This document shows, piece by piece, positions 26,158-37,800 of a DNA stretch of 64,000 nt. Position 1 is the first letter of the stretch. Each line of letters starts with the position of its first letter. The DNA is from Phoronis australis (lineage: Eukaryota > Animalia > Phoronida), in NCBI GenBank assembly GCA_002633005.1, contig NMRA01000062.1, positions 977,981 to 1,041,980 of the forward strand, read 5' to 3'. The notes beneath the pieces are model-generated. The model made no database searches. It worked only from the letters and a program-made list of their open reading frames with translations, and was not told the DNA's origin. Both the position numbers and the translations under genes were made by a program.

Positions 26158-29100
26158 ATACCACTACTACTACCATTACTAGCACTACTACAACTACCAC
26201 TACTAATACCACTACCACTACCACTGTCACTACCACTACCACCACTACCGCTACTACTGCTAGTGATACTACTACTACTGCTGCTGCTGCTACCACTGGT
26301 ACTGCTGCTATGTTTGCTACGCTACTAATACTGTTGTTGTTGCTATTATTACTACGTAAGTTACGGTTATTCTTAAGGTTCTGGAAATGTTTTTAATTTG
26401 ACATTGATCAACTTTGCTGGTGCGGATTTAAATTGAATCAGCACACAACTAGATATGAGGACATAGCGAACTTCGACAGGTGACATATCGACAGTTGCAA
26501 TAAATCCCTAAGTAATCCCCGTGCTTCATGGTCATCCGTTTTGGTTGCTTCAAGGCAATCACGATGCACAAATACTCACTGTATCATATTGTCCTTCCAG
26601 GAGAGTCTTCAACAACCTTGCAACAGCCAACAACAATTACATCTCTATCTCATCAATTGTCCATGACCGTTGTTCCATCCACTGCTCAAGAATTGATGAC
26701 AAGTGATCTTCCAAAAACCTCTCAACAACAGTTAAGCAGTCTAGCATCTTCTTCCCTACGACTGTCACTTAGTACTGCTTCCCCATCTCAACAACTGTCA
26801 ACAGTTGTAGGATTTCCAGAAACGCTGTCAACAGGTTTGGCTACATCGCCTTCTCTACCTGTGCTTACAAGTGTTGCTGAATCTGACAAACAACCATCAA
26901 CAATTGTTGCACTGTCTTCTGAGCGGCTATCGACGAGTGTTGACAGTTCTTCTACTGTGCAATCGACAATAACTTCGTATCGCTCATCTAAACTACAACC
27001 GAGTGTTACGGAATCTTCTGCGCCGGTTTCTTCAATTTTTACTACACCCTCTTCTCAGCAAGCTTCTCTAAGTGGAACACTATCCGTTCAACTACCACAG
27101 ACGAGCGCACCAGCCTCTCACGATGCATCAACAAGTGCTGTTGTCTCTTCTCAACGTTTGTTAAGTAGTGTTGTATTCTCTACTCAACAGATGTCAAAAA
27201 GTAGCGTTGCTTCATCGCACCAATCGCCAACGAGTGTTGCATATTCTGATGATAAATTGTCAACGGATGTTGCTACCTCTTCTCAACGACTTTCGACAAC
27301 CTTAGAATATACGAAGGAGTTAACATCTATTTCTACACTGCATCCCTCAACACTTGAGACATTGTCTTCTCAACAGGTATCAGAGAGTGTGGACATCTCT
27401 GTTCATGAGGCAACGTCAGTAGGTTCACGTCTTTCATCTCTGCAACCGTCGAGTGTTTTAGAATCGTCAGAGCAAGTTTCAAGAAGTTTTGCCCTGTCGT
27501 CTTCTCAACAGGCATCATCAAGTGGAGTTAGATCGTCTGAGCCGGTAGCAAGTATGCCACTCTCTTCCCATCAAATATCAAGTGCAGCTCAACAAACGTC
27601 TGCATTTGTTGTAAAATCTCAGCTTGTGACTGGTACGGGTAGTTTTGTTGTCTCTTCGGAGCAACTGCAGACGAGTGACGGATATTCTACTCAGCAGTTT
27701 CTGTCAAGTGCAGCTGTAATATCTCAACAACCACTCACGACTTTTGCATCCTCTGAAGAGACTTCAACTAGTTCTGCTGCATCGTCTTCTCAAGAAGCAC
27801 AAACAAGTGAACTTGGCTCTTCTCAAAAACCATCAACACGTGCACCATTATCTTCTCAAGAAGCGTCAGCAGTTACCACTGAACAAATACCAACAACTGC
27901 TGTACTATCTGAGCTAGTATCTAGTGCTGTTGTCTCGTCTCAAGCTTTGTTAAATAATGTATCCTTGTCTACAAAACAGATGTCACTAAGTAGTGCTGCT
28001 ACAGTGCAACAACCGTCAACGAGTGCAACATCTTCTGATGTTAAATTGTCAACTGGTGCTCCTACCTCATCTCAAGAACTTTATAAAACTCTGGAATCTA
28101 CGGAGAGGTTAACATTTACATCTGTTTCTGTACTGCATTCCTCAACGGTTGAGGTATTATCTTCTCAACAGGTATCAGTCAGTGTTGACACCTCTGTTGT
28201 TGAGGCAACGTCACTAGATTTGCACGTTTCATCTGTAACACCGTCCAGTGCTTTAGAATCATCTGAGCCAGTTCCCACAAGTTTTGCCGTCATGTCTTCT
28301 CAACAGGCTTCATCAAGTGAAGTCAGATCCTCCGAGCCGTTAACAAGTGTTCTACTCTCTTCCCTGGAAAAATCAAGCGCAGCTCAACAACCTTCAAGTG
28401 TTGTAGCATCTAAAATTGTGACAAGTAGGGGTAGTGGTGTTGTGTCTTCTGAGCAACTGTTAACGAGTGGAGGTTATACTACTCAACACTTTCAGACAAG
28501 TACAGCTGTGATATCGCAACAACCACTTGCAAGTTTGGCATCCTCTGAACAGTTTTCAAAAAGTTCTATTACACTGTCTTCTCAAGATGTATCAACAAGT
28601 GCTGTTGTCTCTTCTCAACGTTTGTTAAGTAGTGTTGTGTTCTCTACTCAACAGATGTCAACAAGTAGCGTTGCTTCATCGCACCAATCGCCAACGAGTG
28701 TTGCATATTCTGATGATAAATTGTCAACTGGTGCTCCTACCTCATCTCAAGAACTTTCTAAAACTCTGGAATCTACGGAGACGTTAACATTTGCATCTGT
28801 TTCTGTACTGCATTCCTCAACGGTTGAGGTATTGTCTTCTCAACAGGTATCAGTCAGTGTTGACACCTCTGTTGTTGAGGCAACGTCACTAGATTTGCAC
28901 GTTTCATCTGTAACACCGACCAGTGCTTTAGACTCATCTGAGCCAGTTCCCACAAGTTTTGCCGTCATGTCTTCTCAACAGGCTTCATCTAGTGAAGTCA
29001 GATCCTCCGTGCCGTTAACAAGTGTTCTAGTCTCTTCCCTGGAAGAATCAAGCACAGCTCAACAACCTTCAAGTGTTGTAGCATCTGAACTTGTGACAAG

Positions 29101-32100
29101 TAGGGATAGTGGTGTTGTGTCTTCTGAGCAACTGTTAACGAGTGGAGGTTATACTACTCAACACTTTCAGACAAGTACAGCTGTGATATCTCAACAACCA
29201 CTTTCAAGTTTGGCATCCTCTGAACAGTTTTCGAAAAGTTCTATCACACTGTCTTCTCAAAATGTACCAACAAGTGCTGTTGTCTCTTCTCAACGTTTGT
29301 TAAGTAGTGTTGTGTTCTCTACTCAACATATGTCAACAAGTAGCGTTGCTTCATCGCACCAATCGCCAACGAGTGTTGCATATTCTGATGATAAATTGTC
29401 AACTGATGCTGCTACCTCTTCTCAACGACTTTCGACAACCTTAGAATATACGAGGGAGTTAACATCTATTTCTACATTGCATCCCTCAACACTTGAGGCA
29501 TTGTCTTCTCAACAGGTATCAGCGAGTGTTGACATCTCTGTTGATGAGGCAACGTCAGTAGGTTCACGTCTTTCATCTCTGGAACCGTCGAGTGTTTTAG
29601 AATTGTCAGAGCAAGTTTCAAGAAGTTTTGCCCTCTCGTCTTCTCAACAGGCGTCATCAAGTGGAGTTAGATCGTCTGAGCCGGTAACAAGTATGCCACT
29701 CTCTTCCCATCAAGTATCAAGTGCAGCTCAACAAACGTCTGCATTTGTTGTAAAATCACAGCTTGTGACTGGTACGGGTAGTTTTGTTTTCTCTTCGGAG
29801 CAACTGCAGACGAGTGACGGATATTCTACTCAGCAGTTTCTGTCAAGTGCAGCTGTGATATCTCAACAACCACTCACGACTTTTGCATCCCCTGAAGAGA
29901 CTTCAACTAGTTCTGCTGTATCGTCTTCTCAAGAAGCACAAACAAGTGAACTTGGCTCTTCTCAAAAACCATCAACACGTGCACCATTATCTTCTCAAGA
30001 AGCGTCAGCAGTTACCACTGAACAAATACCAACAAGTGTTGTACTATCTGAGCTAGTATCTAGTGCTGTTGTCTCGTCTCAAGCTATGTTAAGTAGTCTA
30101 TCGTTTTCTACAAAACAGGTGTCACTAAGTAGTGTTGCTACAGTGCACCAACCGTCAACGAGTGCAACAACTTCTGGTGTTAAATTGTCAACTGGTGCTC
30201 CTACCTCATCTCAAGAACTTTCTAAAACTCTGGAATCTGCGGAGACGTTAACATTTACATCTGTTTTTGTACTGCATTCCTCAACGGTTGAGGTATTATC
30301 TTCTCAACAGGTATCAGTCAGTGTTGACACCTCTGTTGTTGAGGCAACCTCACTAGGTTTGCACGTTTCATCTATAAGACCGTCCAGTGCTTTAGACTCA
30401 TCTGAGCCAGTTCCCACAAGTTTTGCCGTCATGTCTTCTCAACAGGCTTCATCAAGTGAAGTCAGATCGTCCGAGCCGTTAACAAGTGTTCTACTCTCTT
30501 CCCTGGAAGTATCAAGCGGAGCTCAACAACCTTCAAGTGTTGTAGCATCTGAACTTGTGACAAGTAGTGGTAGTGGTGTTGTCTCTTCTGAGCATCTGTT
30601 AATGAGTGGAAATTATTCTACTCAACACTTTCCGACAAGTACAGCTGTGATATCTCAACAACCACTCGCAAGTTTGGCATCCTCTGAACAGTTTTCAACA
30701 AGTTCTATCACAATGTCTTCTCAAGAAGGATCAGCAGTTGAACTTGGATCAACTGAACTACCATCAATACTTGTACAATTCTCTTCTCAAGAAACGTTAA
30801 CAATTACTGCTGAACAACAACTAACAACTGCTGTGCCATCTCATCTGTTCTCAAGTGATGTTGTTGCATCTCCTGAACATTTGTCAATGAGTGTAGTGCT
30901 GTCTACTCAACAGGTCTCAACAAGTAGTATTGCTTCATTGCAACAACCGCAAACGAGTTTAACATCTTCTGAATTGTCAACAAGTTCGGCTACCTCTTCT
31001 CAACTACTTTCGACAACTCTAGCATCTACGAAGGAGTTAACAGTTACGTCTGTTTCTGTACTGCATCCCTCAACATTTGAGTTATTGTCTTCTGAACAGG
31101 CATCAAAGAGTGCTGACATATCTGTTGATGGGGCAACGTCAGAAATTCCACACGTTTCATCTATGCGGCTGTCGAATGTTGTAGATTCGTCTGCGAAAAT
31201 TCCAAAAAGTTCTGCTGCTTTGTCTTCTCAGCAGATGCCATCCAGTGGTGTTAGATCGTCTGAGCCATTAACAAGTGCACCGTTCTCTTCCCAGGAAGTA
31301 TCAAGTGCAGTTCAAGGAATGTCTGCAAGTGTTGTAGAATCTCAGCTTTTGACAAGTAGGGGTAGTTTTGTTGTCTCTTCTGAGCAACTGGTAACGAGTG
31401 AAGCATATTCTACGCAGCAATTCATGGCAAGCACAGCTGTAACATCTCAACAATCACTCGCGACTTTTGAATCCTCTGAACAGCCTTCAACAAGATTTGT
31501 TACACTGTCAATTCAAGAAGTATCGACCAGTGAACTGGAATCTTCTAAACAACCATCAACACTTGTAGCATTCTCATATCAAGATGCATCAACAGTTATC
31601 AGTGAACAACTACCAACCAGTGGTGTTCCATCTCAAATGGTATCAAGTGGTGTTGTTATATCGTCTCAACCTTTGTTAACGACATTAGCACTGCCATCCC
31701 AACAGTTTTCGACGAGTGGTGGCATCTCGGTTGATGAGAAAACGTCAACGAGTTTACACTTGTCGTCTCAACAGCTGCCGAGTGTTGTAACCGCTTCTCA
31801 ATCGGTTTCATCAAGTGGAACTGGGTCTTCTAAACAGCCGTCAAAAAGTTTACCAGTCTCTTCACAAGAAGCGTCAACAAGTACAGATGAGCAGCCATCA
31901 GCAAGTGTTTTATCATCGGAACTTTTGATAAGTAGTGCAGTTGTCTCCTCAAAACAACTATTAACGAGTGAAGGATACTCCACTCAGCAACTGTCAATAG
32001 ATGGTGCTGCAACATCTCGACAATCTGAACAGGTTTCAGCAAGTTTGTCTTCTCAACAGCTGTCAATAAGTGAATTTGAATCTTCTCAACAACCATCGAC

Positions 32101-33986
32101 ATTCTTACCATTCTCTTCCCAAGAAGCATCATTACATGTCAGTAAACAAATACCAACAAGTGGTGTTGCATCTCAGATTTTGTCAAGTGGTGTTGTTATA
32201 TCGTCTCAACCTTTGTCAAGTACATTATTCGCAGTGTCATCCCAACAGTTTTCAATGAGTGGTGACATCTCGGCTGATGAGAAGATGTCAATGAGTTCAC
32301 ACATGTCGTCTCAACAACTGTCGAGTGTTATAATGGCTTCTCAACCGGTTTCTGATACGAGATATTCGAGAGAGGTAGAAACAAGTATCGTGACATTTTC
32401 TAGAGAGCCACCAACCAGCATTGCTGCGTCTCCAATTACGGTATCTTCAGTTATTCCATCTTCCATGAAGTTGTCGAAAAGTATCGATTCTTCTGCTGAA
32501 CAGCCATCAACAAAACTAACATTTTCCGAACATATTTTCGCAAGTATTGCTCCCTCAACTCCTGACCAACCGCATACGAGTACAGTTTCAACTTCTCAGC
32601 ATCCATCAACTAGAGTAGGACAGTTATCTTCAAGTTTGTTTCAAAGTGTTGGTTTATCAGCATCTCAAAAACCATCATCAAGGATTCCCATTTCCGTACT
32701 GTCGTCATCAAGTTTTGCTCAATCTGTTTATCATCAACAGACGTCCCGCGTAACTGCATCCCCTCCACATCCAGTGTATAGTTTAATGTCGTCTGATAAG
32801 CAGACATTAACAAGCACATCTATGTCTTTTACGCATGCGCTGTCATTAAAGTTTACAACTGATATTCTTACACACCTTACAATCACCGCTAATGCAACTA
32901 CAACTCGACGATCGCTGCAAAGTTCGGTTGGACTGACTTCTCAGCATGTGTCAAGAAGTGTAGCGCCATCTACGGTCTTATTGTCACCAACTCGTGTATT
33001 GTTGACATCATCTCTGCAAATCTCGACGATGACACCGCCTTCTAGTGAACAGCAACCTTTAACAAGCCGTTTACCCTCCACCACTCAAGAGATGCCGTCA
33101 TTCACAACAACCCGTCCACCTGGTAATACGTTTTTAGTTAATTCAATTCTCATTGTGTTAACTGAATTTTTAATGAACTATTAAATACAAGATCAGAGTT
33201 CGCTTTTCAAATGGAAGCTAAAACGATCTCGAGAAAAATCACAATTTTAACACGTCACGTGATTATGAACATCAGCATTATACACATGGACTATGTTCTT
33301 CTTTAGGGTTGGCACCTAAACAGATAGTATACCGTTCGTTATCCTCAACGCAGCTCTAATCTTGCTGAAAACCATAATTTTACGAATATAAGTAATGGGC
33401 CATTTCCTTCACTTTTGTGCTGTCTTGTATTGTTTTCAGTGAAGGATTGCGGACAACCTGATAAAAACAGAAACTCTGCTGTTACGACAACGTCAACCAT
33501 CAACGGAGGAACTGCATCGTACTCGTGTGACGTAGGGTATCAGAAAGTGGGTGGTGATGTCACTCGATCGTGTGGTGTTGACGGAAATTGGACAGGAACG
33601 GCGTTAGAGTGCACAAGTACGTACTAATTAGGTTTTGGTTATACCAAAGGAACTACTGGAAACTGTAAAGCTACAGCATTGGAGACTCAAACTAACCAAT
33701 AGTTTGTTCCCAAACAACACTTCCCGGATCTTAATTTTCTGGCCCTTTTAGTACATATATCTTGTATTGTGTATAGAATTCATGAAGCATGAATATTTTC
33801 CAACTGTAGGAGTAAGTTGTGGAATCCCGGACGTCAACGACAATTCAAATGTTTCCTCCATCACATACCTATACGGGGACACTGCCATCTACACGTGTGA
33901 CCCAGGATATGAACGAAGTGGAGGCAACCTTGTGCGAACTTGCGGAGCAAACAAAGCTTGGACTGGTGCACCTGTGCAGTGCTCGA
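685..33986 (+). CDS. Giant MUC4/SUSD2-like mucin, repeat unit A (27 spliced exons, ~3,948 aa): EGF-NIDO-AMOP-VWD-Ig-like-EGFn-S/T-SEA-Sushi-S/T-Sushi-Sushi
   Basis: 27 AG..GT-bounded exons with mutually compatible phases. Summed length 11,844 nt is divisible by 3. Domain motifs seen: YQAVLVTDG (NIDO), SCCYD/WCC (AMOP), GDPH..LDG..YTFNG (VWD), DxNEC (Ca-EGF), RSGSTIV (SEA), C..GY..C..W..C (Sushi). Confidence 0.88.
959..1157 (+). mobile_element. 5'-truncated non-LTR retrotransposon 3' end (CR1/L2-like)
   Basis: Absent from the paralogous unit B intron. GC stem-loop (ctccgtg..ggacc tctcg ggtcc..cacggag), then AATAAA and a (TAC)n tail. Confidence 0.55.
1248..1387 (+). CDS. Unit A exon 2: NIDO N-terminal part
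   Basis: ttccag|..TGG|gtaagt; [18 protein letters not shown]. Confidence 0.85.
1565..1870 (+). CDS. Unit A exon 3: NIDO
   Basis: tttcag|..CAG|gtactt; [21 protein letters not shown]. Confidence 0.9.
2374..2517. mobile_element. MITE with CATGGGCGGCGC terminal inverted repeats
   Basis: Perfect 12-bp TIR; flanks TATGA/TATTA; two ~70-nt subunits; related copy at 54414. Confidence 0.7.
3403..3622 (+). CDS. Unit A exon 4: NIDO core
   Basis: cacag|[21 protein letters not shown]; donor at 3623 (alternative in-phase donor at 3617). Confidence 0.9.
5182..5417 (+). CDS. Unit A exon 5: NIDO end / AMOP
   Basis: tttcag|..[18 protein letters not shown]..|gtaagt. Confidence 0.88.
5562..6351. mobile_element. 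Unit-A-specific composite insertion with ~15-16-bp tandem subrepeats and a nested CAGTGGCGGATC-type MITE (6037-6206)
   Basis: Missing from the unit B intron. About 10 degenerate (ccgggttctatrtgt) repeats at 5587-5730, inverted remnants at 6260-6350, and TIR-like cagaggcgaat..gatccgccactg. Confidence 0.5.
6601..6823 (+). CDS. Unit A exon 6: AMOP
   Basis: tttcag|[28 protein letters not shown]|gtatta. Confidence 0.9.
7348..7572 (+). CDS. Unit A exon 7: VWD start with GDPH
   Basis: ttccag|[30 protein letters not shown]..|gtaggt. Confidence 0.92.
7678..7791 (+). CDS. Unit A exon 8: VWD
   Basis: tttcag|[14 protein letters not shown]|gtaaga. Confidence 0.85.
7932..8035 (+). mobile_element. Degenerate tRNA-derived SINE-like head
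   Basis: Pol III A-box TGGTCTAGTGG (7941) and B-box-like GGTTCGCGTCC (7985); decayed paralog at ~42530-42625. Confidence 0.4.
8191..8385 (+). CDS. Unit A exon 9: VWD
   Basis: tttcag|..KTSGLLG..DDF..NGT..MGQS|gtaagt. Confidence 0.9.
9701..9822. repeat. 13-bp minisatellite (CGACATCGTCTGC) x ~6.5 followed by (TCA/TCG)n
   Basis: Directly visible; only in unit A. Confidence 0.9.
9939..10175 (+). CDS. Unit A exon 10: VWD end / Cys-rich linker
   Basis: ctcag|GG completes the conserved Trp; [17 protein letters not shown]. Confidence 0.9.
10557..10776 (+). CDS. Unit A exon 11: Ig/cadherin-like beta-sandwich
   Basis: tctag|[36 protein letters not shown]|gtacgt; conserved in unit B; absent from the + strand ORF track. 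Confidence 0.85.
12463..12638 (+). CDS. Unit A exon 12: Ig-like end plus divergent EGF
   Basis: ttcag|[19 protein letters not shown]|gtaatt. Confidence 0.85.
13190..13354 (+). CDS. Unit A exon 13: EGF
   Basis: [22 protein letters not shown]. Confidence 0.9.
13964..14092 (+). CDS. Unit A exon 14: Ca-binding EGF
   Basis: ttgtag|[31 protein letters not shown]|gtgggc. Confidence 0.9.
15374..15502 (+). CDS. Unit A exon 15: Ca-binding EGF containing RGD
   Basis: [30 protein letters not shown]. Confidence 0.9.
15784..15833 (-). ncRNA. Minimal type I hammerhead ribozyme-like motif (U3-A8 core variant, Penelope-type)
   Basis: Minus strand reads tattgtc-TTGAGAA-t-ggtttat-agaca-ataaacc-GAAA-c-GTC-gatcaata; 7-bp perfect stem II. 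Confidence 0.55.
16513..16782. mobile_element. MITE with CATGGGCGCACCCA TIRs and a 5-bp TSD (GGTAG)
   Basis: TIR matches 12/14; GGTAG on both sides; empty site in unit B at ~51170. Confidence 0.8.
16809..16934 (+). CDS. Unit A exon 16: EGF
   Basis: [27 protein letters not shown]. Confidence 0.9.
17650..17778 (+). CDS. Unit A exon 17: Ca-binding EGF
   Basis: [28 protein letters not shown]. Confidence 0.9.
18644..18904 (+). CDS. Unit A exon 18: laminin-type EGF plus Ca-binding EGF
   Basis: [33 protein letters not shown]. Confidence 0.9.
19148..19268 (+). pseudogene. Pseudo-exon: partial frameshifted duplicate of the 3' half of exon 18
   Basis: Copy of 18786-18904 lacking the original acceptor, with Cys to Trp (HC to HW) and agtaacgcc to agtattacgcc (+2 nt); absent from unit B. 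Confidence 0.8.
20894..21147 (+). CDS. Unit A exon 19: two Ca-binding EGF
   Basis: [26 protein letters not shown]|gtaagt. Confidence 0.92.
21784..22618 (+). CDS. Unit A exon 20: four Ca-binding EGF plus short Ser/Thr tract
   Basis: ttgcag|ECAFKLDNC..; 835 nt; donor CCCG|gtaata. Confidence 0.92.
23124..23236 (+). CDS. Unit A exon 21: SEA domain part 1
   Basis: [27 protein letters not shown]|gtaagt. Confidence 0.85.
23362..23423 (+). CDS. Unit A exon 22: SEA domain part 2
   Basis: tttcag|[21 protein letters not shown]|gtatgt; 62 nt, phase 0-2. Confidence 0.85.
24294..24466 (+). CDS. Unit A exon 23: SEA domain part 3 (GSTIV motif)
   Basis: ttacag|(R)SGSTIVD.. Confidence 0.85.
24584..24763 (+). 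CDS. Unit A exon 24: Sushi/CCP
   Basis: [29 protein letters not shown]. Confidence 0.92.
24808..24912. repeat. (CTG/CTA)n microsatellite
   Basis: Directly visible. Confidence 0.9.
25868..26355. repeat. (ACT/ACC/GCT)n compound trinucleotide repeat
   Basis: Directly visible; source of the spurious poly-Leu and poly-Val ORFs. Confidence 0.9.
26601..33122 (+). CDS. Unit A exon 25: giant Ser/Thr/Gln-rich mucin exon (6,522 nt, 2,174 codons)
   Basis: Lies within the 2,218-aa ORF; ttccag|GA..CCTG|gtaata, phase 1-1. Confidence 0.92.
27131..31700 (+). repeat. Coding tandem array of 789/675-nt units
   Basis: Anchor aaattgtcaac recurs at 27254, 28043, 28718, 29393, 30182 and (gaattgtcaac) 30971. Confidence 0.85.
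33440..33616 (+). CDS. Unit A exon 26: Sushi/CCP
   Basis: [29 protein letters not shown]. Confidence 0.92.
33810..33986 (+). CDS. Unit A exon 27: Sushi/CCP
   Basis: [31 protein letters not shown]|gtaaga. Confidence 0.92.
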
Positions 33987-34749
33987 GTAAGAAACTTTTT
34001 TCTAAATCATTCTAGCTAAGCTTCGTTCTCTGTTTGCCTGCAAAAGTGAATTTACTTGGCGTCGCGTGACATTACTGCGAAAGTCATGAAAAACCGTTGA
34101 AAGCTTATGAATAAAGATCAGTTGATAATTTTCTGAAAATAAATATGCTTCAAAATTCTGTCGTTTCCTCTGAAAACATGATATCACAGACTGTACTTCG
34201 AAAATTGGTCCGACGAGTTTTCGTTTTGCAGTGAAAAACAACACTCAAGTTGATGAGATGATCAAACGGTTCACCAAATCTATTTAACTATTTTGAAAAG
34301 GATTCTGGCACAAAATTAAAAACTAGAAATCAATTGAAGTTATTATCTCTTAAATGCATGTATTAAAATAATAAATTGTATTAACATTTTATTTTCTTGA
34401 AACCAAATAATGATTCCAACAATTTAATGAGCTCTGGTCAATCAATCGGCATGGGGAAAAGTGATTAGGTCATTTTATTTTATTATGTATGAGGGAACAG
34501 CCCATGATGCACTTTCTGAGAGAACTATAAAAGTGCATCAGCTGCATAATGCCACAGAAATGAAATAATTTTGGTTTAATCACCAATGCAAAACTGTCAT
34601 AACTTGACATTTGTTGTGGTTCTAATGCTAATCAAGCTCGGATTCTGATGAGGAAACTTGTATTATCGCCTCTCTGTACATAACATAACATAAGTATTTT
34701 ATACTTGTTCTACAGTACAACGTTTAGATGGATGTATCGACTCTTTCAG

Positions 34750-34869
34750 ACATAGACGACTGTGCGTCGAGTGCACCACTCTGTATCAACGGCGGTGAAT
34801 GCAAAGACCTTGTGCTTGGTTACAAATGCCAGTGTCAACGAGGATTCACGGGAACTAATTGTGAACTAT
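34750..34869 (+). CDS. Unit B exon 1: Ca-binding EGF
   Basis: Near-identical to 685-804. Confidence 0.9.
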
Positions 34870-37800
34870 GTATGTAGATGACTACTAAGGGAAATTAACT
34901 CACACTGAACATTTATATCTTAGAAATAAAACAGCGTCACGAACTCCTTTAACAATTGTTAGACGTTTGACAACTCCTTAAAAATATACCAAATCGGTAA
35001 GCTTTGCTGAAGCTTGTGGCATGTCAATTGATTATTGTGGGTAAAGGAGACTCCTCTCAAACAATCGACGTTTCTCTCTATCGTATATACTTACAAGCAG
35101 TTCTTTCTCTTTCAGTCGTGGGACCATTTGCAAACCTGTATCCTGTGAACACGTTGAGTGAAGTCGTCGTCACCAAAAGTAAATGGATGAAACTTCCTAA
35201 CTTGCGAATCGTTGGTGGCTTCAATATGTTCAGCACCATCCACCGAAAAATCTGGGTAAGTTTTGTGAAGTCCTATTATTGTAAATTATATATAAGCTTG
35301 AGTGCACATTTGCTTACTTTAAAATATTATGAATTAAATCAACATGTAATTGGTTTGCGGTCAAAACCTGCAGCTACTCTTCACTTAGCATGTTTTGTGA
35401 CTTTCAATCGGTGTTTTTTCCAGTTAAGTCGCAATGGTGTAGTAGGACTGGGCAACCGTGCCGGTGGCACTAAACCTTGGAAACTCCTCCAGATCCGGAG
35501 AACATACCTGGCTCCATTTTGGCGAAAACAGAGAATCGACTTCTCGGCATCGATGTCTTATCTGGAAATAGTCCGAAATTCCGAAAACTCTGCCTACGAG
35601 AAGGAAATTCTGGAGACTTGTACTATGGACGTTAAGAACAATTTTCAGACGGAAAACTTCGAAGCCCAGTGGGGGTTACTGGTTACCTGGAAACATATGA
35701 AAGAACGTCCTTGTGGTATTCGATGCCAGGTACGTTTGCCAATCAGAATCTTTATCGAATGGTACATATAAAAGGCGCTTGCTTCAACACTGAATTCCAT
35801 TGCGCTACAAGTTCTTGGGCCCCACGGCACAAAAAGTTACTCAGATATTTTAATGACGCAAATACTCGGAATGGTTAACAATTTCTGACGTTTTGGAGAT
35901 CAGCAACAAAAGCTCGAGAAAATTTACTCGAAACCTTCCCTGGGTTACGTTCAGGTCCCCGAATAGTACCCGGGAACGCTTGACCCTCATTATTTCTTGC
36001 ATAAGTATCGAGCAAATAGGGGAAATCTACTCGAACATTCCAAGGTTTTCTAAAATTACAATCCCTGATTTTGTAAAATCCTTTGACAGAGCACATGTCC
36101 TGCACATTTCAATTCGAAAATTTTCAGTCGCTTACGATGCTTTTCTCATCTTTATTGAAAAACTAACAATTCGTTTACCGGGCTTTAAGGTCGCTAGTTT
36201 TCAAAATGCGTTGAAATTTTATTTTATTGTTTTGTTGCATGAAAGACTTCCCTGGCCATTCGTGAACACTCCTCGTGTCCGTCTTTTAAAGTGGTTGTCA
36301 TTGTTTAATATTACTTGTGTTAGTACTGCTTGGAGCTAAAGTCGCCGTGCAAATGTAAGAATCTCAGTAAAGTTTGGTGGCCACGTGCCCAGGCCGTGCT
36401 TTGCTTGAGAGTTTGACTGCACTTGCATGCCTTCGGCGGCCCCACAGGGTCAACCGTCTAAAGCATCTTTCTGATTGGTCTGTCAACCAGATGTCGTCAT
36501 TGAGAACCAATCAGATATCCGGCAGTACCAGCAAAGTCAGTTAAGTGTGTTCAAAACAGTGAACCTCTTTACCATTGTCTTGGCCTGCCATTGATCCTGC
36601 CAGGACAGGTTATCATATGACTTGTGTTCTGAAAAAGTCAGTTTCATTGTTGACTATTGCCTTAAGACATGCTGGAACAGATGCTCTGTTACACTTCTCA
36701 GGAAGCTATTTAAATGTACCTGTGTTGCATTTAAAGCTGCATTTTACCCCGGTTTAACTGTTTAATGTTAAATTCTTAATTAACCAAAGTGCATCGGGAT
36801 TAAAATGCAGCCACGCCACTATGATTTTGAATGATTATCGAATGAACCAGAAATTCAAGTTTCAGACAATCCGTACTTGCGCCATTTTCGAATCTGCAGT
36901 TTTAGTGTTGAAGAGCTACCTCTGAACTCCGAAACATTTTCACGATCTACTCACGATTTCTGTAATCCTTTGGTAACGGAAATGAAATTGTGGCTACAAA
37001 ACTTTCCATTGTTGGTCTACCTCATAAAACATTGTCGTTGGAGGTTCATTTATATGCATGCAAGATGTTGCTCTCCTTTTTGTTACTGGCCTGCTTAACT
37101 ATTCATACCTGAAAATATTCCTGTTCAAACGGAGGCACATGTAGAGCTCGTGCAAGATTTCAATCATCATTTCGTTATTTTTCTATGACTCGCTCGCGCT
37201 GATCAATTGCAACTTACCTAAAATATTCATACGAAGCAAGAACTTTGTATTTGTGAAAACATAAAATTGTTCTACCTTCCGTAATGTTGTCGATGAACGG
37301 TTGATGTTTTACTACGCGTGATTTCTTATCTCACTCACTAGTAAATTGATCTTTATTTTTTTCTTACAGCGGTACACCTACCAAGCAGTCTTAGTGACAG
37401 ATGGACAAAGGTCTTTCGTGGTGTTCAACTACGATGAAATCATCCGACACGACGGACGAGGAAAAGTTTACGCGGGGTATAGGGACTATAAATCTGGCGA
37501 AACCTTAAAGGCACCTCCGTATTCCGGGACCCATTTTATGTATGACATCAGTAGTAAGGCTGGCAATATGAAAACTAGCTCGGGTAAAAGTAAGTATTAG
37601 TTGTAGCTGTGCCCACCGCGTTGCGAACAGGTTTTACATCAATTGATGCACAGCTACATGTTTGTCTGCCATAGTGTCTATGACTGACGAGTCTCAACTT
37701 TTAACAGTCGTCTGCGTCGCAGAAAAATAAACACGGCTTGAGCTTACACGCTATGCGAAAATACTGGAGTCTGTTTCTGGGACTTCTCTTTCCAAATACA

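Noticed and set aside
25884-26355. Poly-Thr reading frame in the ACT/ACC repeat ending at a strong phase-1 gtaagt (26356), as a possible extra mucin or TM exon
   Set aside because: There is an in-frame stop at 25881, the first internal AG (26010) gives the wrong phase, and unit B has only a short unrelated remnant. A microsatellite explains it.
35256-35423. Open in-frame intron making the 255-aa ORF at 35004
   Set aside because: Canonical splice sites are present, and the paralogous intron in unit A has an in-frame stop, so openness is probably chance.
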